28,877 nucleotides of DNA from Gammaproteobacteria bacterium (GTDB lineage: Bacteria; Pseudomonadota; Gammaproteobacteria; Pseudomonadales; Azotimanducaceae). This document shows, in pieces, positions 25,119 to 28,877 of this stretch. The position numbers and the translations under genes were made by a program. Positions within the stretch are counted from its first letter, which is position 1. Every line of letters starts with the position of its first letter. Under the pieces are notes generated by a model. It saw only the letters and a program-made list of their open reading frames with translations, ran no database searches and was not told the DNA's origin. The stretch is from positions 1 through 28,877 of the forward strand of contig JAPUFN010000238.1 in assembly GCA_027293665.1 (NCBI GenBank), given 5' to 3'.

Positions 25119-26558
25119 ATGACACTATCGGCAGGTCGCCGTCTGCGGCTCACATCGATACTGCTGGGCCTGCTGGTCACAGCCAACGCGCTCTCAGCGA
25201 GACAATCGCCGGATCGCTGGCAGCAGCTTGCAGCCACGCTGCACGAGGTACAGATCGCCAACCAGGTACCGGCACTCGGGCTCGCCCTTTTTGACGCCGG
25301 GCAACCGGTGCTGATCGGCGGCTATGGCGCAGCCGATGCCCAGACGCCGTTTCGCTGGGGCTCGATCAGCAAATCATTTACCGCACTTGGTGTCCTGCAA
25401 CTGGCTGAACGGGGCCTGGTGGACCTCGATGCACCGTTACGCGATTACGTTGCAGCCGGGGCTTACGTCAATCCCTGGGCGCCAGCACAGCCCGTTCGCC
25501 TCATCCATCTGCTGGAACTGAGCGCCGGCCTGAGCGATCTGAGCGGCGCAGAGTTCAACGACAACGTGCCCTATCCGCTCGCCCAGGCACTGGCCCGCAA
25601 CGCCAGCGAGCGAATCCTCCGCTGGCCTCCCGGCTTGCAGCACAGCTACACCAACGTCGCGCCCGGCATGAGCGCTGCGGTCATCGAAGCCGTCAGCGGC
25701 CGGACCTTCGAAGATTTCATGGTGCAATCCGTGCTGCAGCCCATGGGGATGCGGACCGCAAGCTTTCTGGCGCTTAGCGGCCTGCCGGGTGGCTTCAAGG
25801 CCGATGGTCGCAGCGAGATCCCCTACTGGGAAATGACCTTCCGCGCCTTCGGCGCGCTCAATGCGCCGGTGCGCGAGATGAGCCGATTTCTGCAACTGCT
25901 GCTTAACGGCGGCAAACTCGACGGCGAGGTGGTATTCCAACCGGCAACGATCGAGCGAATGTTCGCCCCGGCCAGCACCCTGGGCGCTCGCGGCGGGCTG
26001 CGTATCGGCTATGGCGCCGGGGCCTATGGCTGGGTCCGCAATGGCCACCTTTTCTGGGGCCACGGCGGCGATGCCGACGGCTACCGGTCCCGTTACGCCG
26101 TGCAACGGACGAGCGGTCGCGGCTATCTGATCGTCATCAACACCGACAACCCGCGCTTGTTGCGGCGGTTGCAGAAACTCATCGAAATTGAACTCACGCG
26201 TGATCTGCCAGCAGGCAGGCCGCCGAAAATAATTCAGGCCCACGACCTCGAACGCTACACGGGCGAATATTATCCCGCTTCGAGCCGATCCGGTGGTACC
26301 CGCTGGCGCGAGGGCGATGCCGCTGGGGCACAGATCACTGCAGCAGGCAACAGCCTCGTCTTCAGCCGGGGAAAACGCCGCATCCGCCTGTTTCCGGTGG
26401 CTACAGGCCGATTTCGCCGCGCCGAGGACCCCGCAGTGAGCGTCGTTTTCGGGCGCGATGAGGCGGGCAGCTGGTATATGCAGGGTGAACTTGGCAATTT
26501 CGTGAACCTATCGCGCGGCCCTTGTCCAGGTTTCCTCGAGCCGTGCATTCGGCAATAA
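25119..26558 (+). CDS. Exported serine hydrolase, beta-lactamase class C / PBP-like
   Basis: Signal peptide, SISK (SxxK), YTN (YxN) and HGG motifs, plus a C-terminal extra domain. GGAGG lies upstream of ATG 25119. Confidence 0.9.
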   Translation: MTLSAGRRLRLTSILLGLLVTANALSARQSPDRWQQLAATLHEVQIANQVPALGLALFDAGQPVLIGGYGAADAQTPFRWGSISKSFTALGVLQLAERGLVDLDAPLRDYVAAGAYVNPWAPAQPVRLIHLLELSAGLSDLSGAEFNDNVPYPLAQALARNASERILRWPPGLQHSYTNVAPGMSAAVIEAVSGRTFEDFMVQSVLQPMGMRTASFLALSGLPGGFKADGRSEIPYWEMTFRAFGALNAPVREMSRFLQLLLNGGKLDGEVVFQPATIERMFAPASTLGARGGLRIGYGAGAYGWVRNGHLFWGHGGDADGYRSRYAVQRTSGRGYLIVINTDNPRLLRRLQKLIEIELTRDLPAGRPPKIIQAHDLERYTGEYYPASSRSGGTRWREGDAAGAQITAAGNSLVFSRGKRRIRLFPVATGRFRRAEDPAVSVVFGRDEAGSWYMQGELGNFVNLSRGPCPGFLEPCIRQ

Positions 26559-26608
26559 TCAGACTATGGCTGAACTGGGGGTTCAATCAGACCATGGCTG
26601 AACTGGGG
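26557..26608 (+). repeat. Tandem duplication (28-bp period, 23/24 identical) of the GNAT translation-start region
   Basis: 26557-26580 aatcagactatggctgaactgggg; 26585-26608 aatcagaccatggctgaactgggg. Confidence 0.9.
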
Positions 26609-27076
26609 ACTTGCGAACTGAGACTGGCAAAACCCGCCGATGCGGCTCTGCTTGCGCGGATGTCGCGCGACTACATCGAGCAGGGGACGGGCTGGCGCTG
26701 GCGCACAGCACCGCTCAAACGCAAGATCGCGGCCCCCGAAACGGTCGTCCTGGTTGCAGAAGTCGAGCTCGCCGGTGTGCGCTTCACCGGTGGCTTCGCT
26801 GTAATGGATTTCGAGCTGAACAAGGCGCTCTTGAGTCTTCTGGCGGTGCACCCGAACCTGCGTCGTCAAGGCGTGGGCAGCAAGCTGCTGCGCTGGCTGC
26901 ACAAGAGTGCGCGATATGCACAGTGCCAGCACATCGAGTTGCAGGTCCGCGCCGACAATCACAAAGCCCGACGCTTCTATCAACAACTGGGCTATCAGGA
27001 AGAAGCGCTCATTCCAAACTACTACAACGGCAAAGACGCCGCCTACCAATTGAAGCTGAGACTGCTCGATCGATGA
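26594..27076 (+). CDS. GNAT family N-acetyltransferase (RimI-like)
   Basis: Motifs LAVHPNLRRQGVGSKLL (motif A), LQVRADN..A..FY..LGY and NYY. Confidence 0.9.
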   Translation: MAELGTCELRLAKPADAALLARMSRDYIEQGTGWRWRTAPLKRKIAAPETVVLVAEVELAGVRFTGGFAVMDFELNKALLSLLAVHPNLRRQGVGSKLLRWLHKSARYAQCQHIELQVRADNHKARRFYQQLGYQEEALIPNYYNGKDAAYQLKLRLLDR

Positions 27077-28239
27077 GCGAGTCGGCCGCAGCCGGGCCAC
27101 TCCAGCAGGTTGCAAAATTCGCCGCAGAAATCAGACGCCGCGGTGACGAATTCGAACGCAACCGGTGCATGGCCGCTGACCTGGCACAACGCATGGCTGA
27201 AGCTGGCTTGTTCCGACTCCTGGTCCCCGCCTGCTATGGTGGCGGCGAAGTTCATCCCCGACTGTACTTCGACACACTGACTGCAACCGCGCAGGCAGAC
27301 GGTGCAGTCGGCTGGGTGCAGATGATCGGAGTCACCACCGGCATCATGGCAGCCTCGCTGCCCCATGAATGGTCCGAGATTCTCTACGGTGCCAATCCCT
27401 GCAATATCACAACCGGCGTCACAGCGCCCATCGGCAAGGCCTACCCGGAGTCGGGGGGGCTGCGGGTCAGCGGCCGCTGGCCGTTCGCCAGCGGGTCGCA
27501 GATCGCCGATTGGATCTGTGGTGGCTGTCTGATCATGGACGACGACGGTCCTCGCAAGGACGAGCACGGTGTGCCGCAATCGCTCCTGGTCTTTTTCCCT
27601 GCAGCGGATGTCACGGTGCATGGGGATACCTGGGAGACATCGGGTCTGTGCGGCACCGGCAGCCACGATATCGAAGTGAGCGATCTGTTCGTACCCGAAG
27701 GTCGCTGGGTCGAGCTTGGCAAGCGGGCACGAGTGGATGCACCGCTCTACCGGTTCCCCACGTTCGGGATGCTGGCTCTGGGGGTATCGGCCGTGGCGCT
27801 TGGTATCGCTCTGCACGCGATCGAAGCCTTCGTCAGCCTGGCCACGGAAAAGGTACCAACCGGCTCACGCCGATCGCTGGCACAACGCTCCGGAGTGCAG
27901 AAAGATCTGGCGCGCGCCGAAGCCGCTGTGCAATCCGCCAGGGCGCTTACCGTTGATGCAATCGACGAGGCCTGGCAGCACGCCAATGCGGAGGGTCGCT
28001 TGAGCATGGAAATCAAGGCTCGATTACGCCTGGCAGCCACGAACAACGCCTGGTCGGCGGCCACCGCGGTGGATCTCGTGTACCACGCAGCCGGTGGCAG
28101 CTCGATCTATATGAAAAGTCCCCTGCAACGTTGCTTTCGCGACGTTCATGTCGCCACCCAGCACCTCATGGTCGCCCAGCCCACCTATGAGGTCATTGGT
28201 AAAGTGCGGCTCGGCCTGGATCCGAAAACTCCCCTGTAA
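27073..28239 (+). CDS. Acyl-CoA dehydrogenase-fold flavin-dependent monooxygenase, oxygenase subunit (HsaA/HpaH-like, group D)
   Basis: Motifs AGLFRLLVP..YGG.E, VSGRWPFASG...ADW, W...GL.GTGSHD and LQRCFRDVHVATQH. ATGA overlap with the GNAT. Confidence 0.88.
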   Translation: MSESAAAGPLQQVAKFAAEIRRRGDEFERNRCMAADLAQRMAEAGLFRLLVPACYGGGEVHPRLYFDTLTATAQADGAVGWVQMIGVTTGIMAASLPHEWSEILYGANPCNITTGVTAPIGKAYPESGGLRVSGRWPFASGSQIADWICGGCLIMDDDGPRKDEHGVPQSLLVFFPAADVTVHGDTWETSGLCGTGSHDIEVSDLFVPEGRWVELGKRARVDAPLYRFPTFGMLALGVSAVALGIALHAIEAFVSLATEKVPTGSRRSLAQRSGVQKDLARAEAAVQSARALTVDAIDEAWQHANAEGRLSMEIKARLRLAATNNAWSAATAVDLVYHAAGGSSIYMKSPLQRCFRDVHVATQHLMVAQPTYEVIGKVRLGLDPKTPL

Positions 28240-28877
28240 TGTTGCTCGGGACAATCGCCTCACCTGCCCTGCTGTCGGCCAGTCCACGCGATCGACGCAA
28301 CTATGTCGCGCGCATCCTCGACAACGGCATCGATCATGTTTTCGTTGCGGACCATGTGAGCTTTCACGTCGGCATGGGCATGGACGGTCTGATAAACGCA
28401 GCCACCCTGAGCGCGCTCGACGAACGATTGAAAGTTTGTGTCGGCGTCTACCTCCTCGCACTGCGGCATCCAGTCACCGTCGCCCGCCAGCTTGCAACGC
28501 TCGCTGAATCCGCCCCGGGCCAACTCATCTTCGGCGTCGGCGTTGGCGGTGAAGACCGCAATGAAATCGCCATGTGCGGCGTCGACCCGGCCAGTCGCGG
28601 AAGGCGCACGGATGAGTGTCTGCATATCGTGCAGAGCCTGCTCAGCGGAGAACCACTCGACCACGGTGGGGAGTTCTACGATTTCGAGCACGCCTGGATC
28701 CAGCCACCGCCACAACCAGCCATTCCTTTCCTTATCGGCGGCAGGGCCGACCGGGCCATCGCCCGCGCCGCCCGCTTCGGCGACGGCTGGTTGGGTGTGT
28801 GGACTTCAGCAGCGCGGTTCGCCGAGGTCGCCGCCCCGATACACGACCAGGCCGCCAAGCTGGGACGGGCAACCCCG
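28239..28877 (+). CDS. Luciferase-like (LLM class) flavin-dependent oxidoreductase, 3' end truncated by window edge
   Basis: Manual translation from ATG 28239 (TAATG overlap): MLLGTIASP...DHVFVADHVSF...GVYLLALRHPVTVARQLATL...LIFGVGVGGEDRNE...RGRRTDE...IPFLIGG...RAARFGDGW. The frame is open to the end. Confidence 0.9.
   Translation, partial: MLLGTIASPALLSASPRDRRNYVARILDNGIDHVFVADHVSFHVGMGMDGLINAATLSALDERLKVCVGVYLLALRHPVTVARQLATLAESAPGQLIFGVGVGGEDRNEIAMCGVDPASRGRRTDECLHIVQSLLSGEPLDHGGEFYDFEHAWIQPPPQPAIPFLIGGRADRAIARAARFGDGWLGVWTSAARFAEVAAPIHDQAAKLGRATP

Noticed and set aside
25119-26558. Calling this an ampC beta-lactamase resistance gene
   Set aside because: The SxxK/YxN/HGG motifs are shared by many esterases and peptidases, and it has an extra C-terminal domain. 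There is no sequence evidence for beta-lactam specificity.
28260-28715. 151-aa minus-strand ORF
   Set aside because: It is antisense to the LLM-class gene, which the track missed because that gene lacks a stop within the window.
1-28877. Anti-phage defence island or mobile element centred on the large helicase
   Set aside because: The helicase is a canonical Lhr in metabolic context. I saw no nuclease, toxin, methylase, integrase, transposase, att-like repeats or marked compositional shift.

Overview
This is a GC-rich, gene-dense chromosomal window from a Gram-negative bacterium. Outer-membrane and periplasmic components are present; a gammaproteobacterial origin is my inference only. I found about 27 CDSs and no rRNA, tRNA, CRISPR array, integrase or transposase. 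From left to right: (1) a truncated histidine phosphatase divergent from an SDR plus FAD-oxidoreductase pair, with a 3-copy tandem repeat between them; (2) a TetR-adjacent six-gene envelope transport operon (LolA-like periplasmic protein, THREE FtsX/LolE-type permeases, one LolD-type ATPase, a putative outer-membrane barrel); (3) an AhpD-like / aldo-keto reductase / SRAP / unknown-protein operon; (4) oligopeptidase B; (5) an orphan Cx2C-x22-Cx2C microprotein whose start codon lies in a perfect inverted repeat; (6) a family I CoA-transferase homologue lacking the catalytic Glu, divergent from a tesB-like / lhr / deacetylase run; (7) a PaaG-like crotonase plus SDR; (8) a serine hydrolase / GNAT / flavin monooxygenase / LLM run. 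The genes at 1-680 and 28239-28877 are missing from the ORF track because they run off the window edges; I translated them by hand. All family assignments come from motifs read by eye, with no database search.
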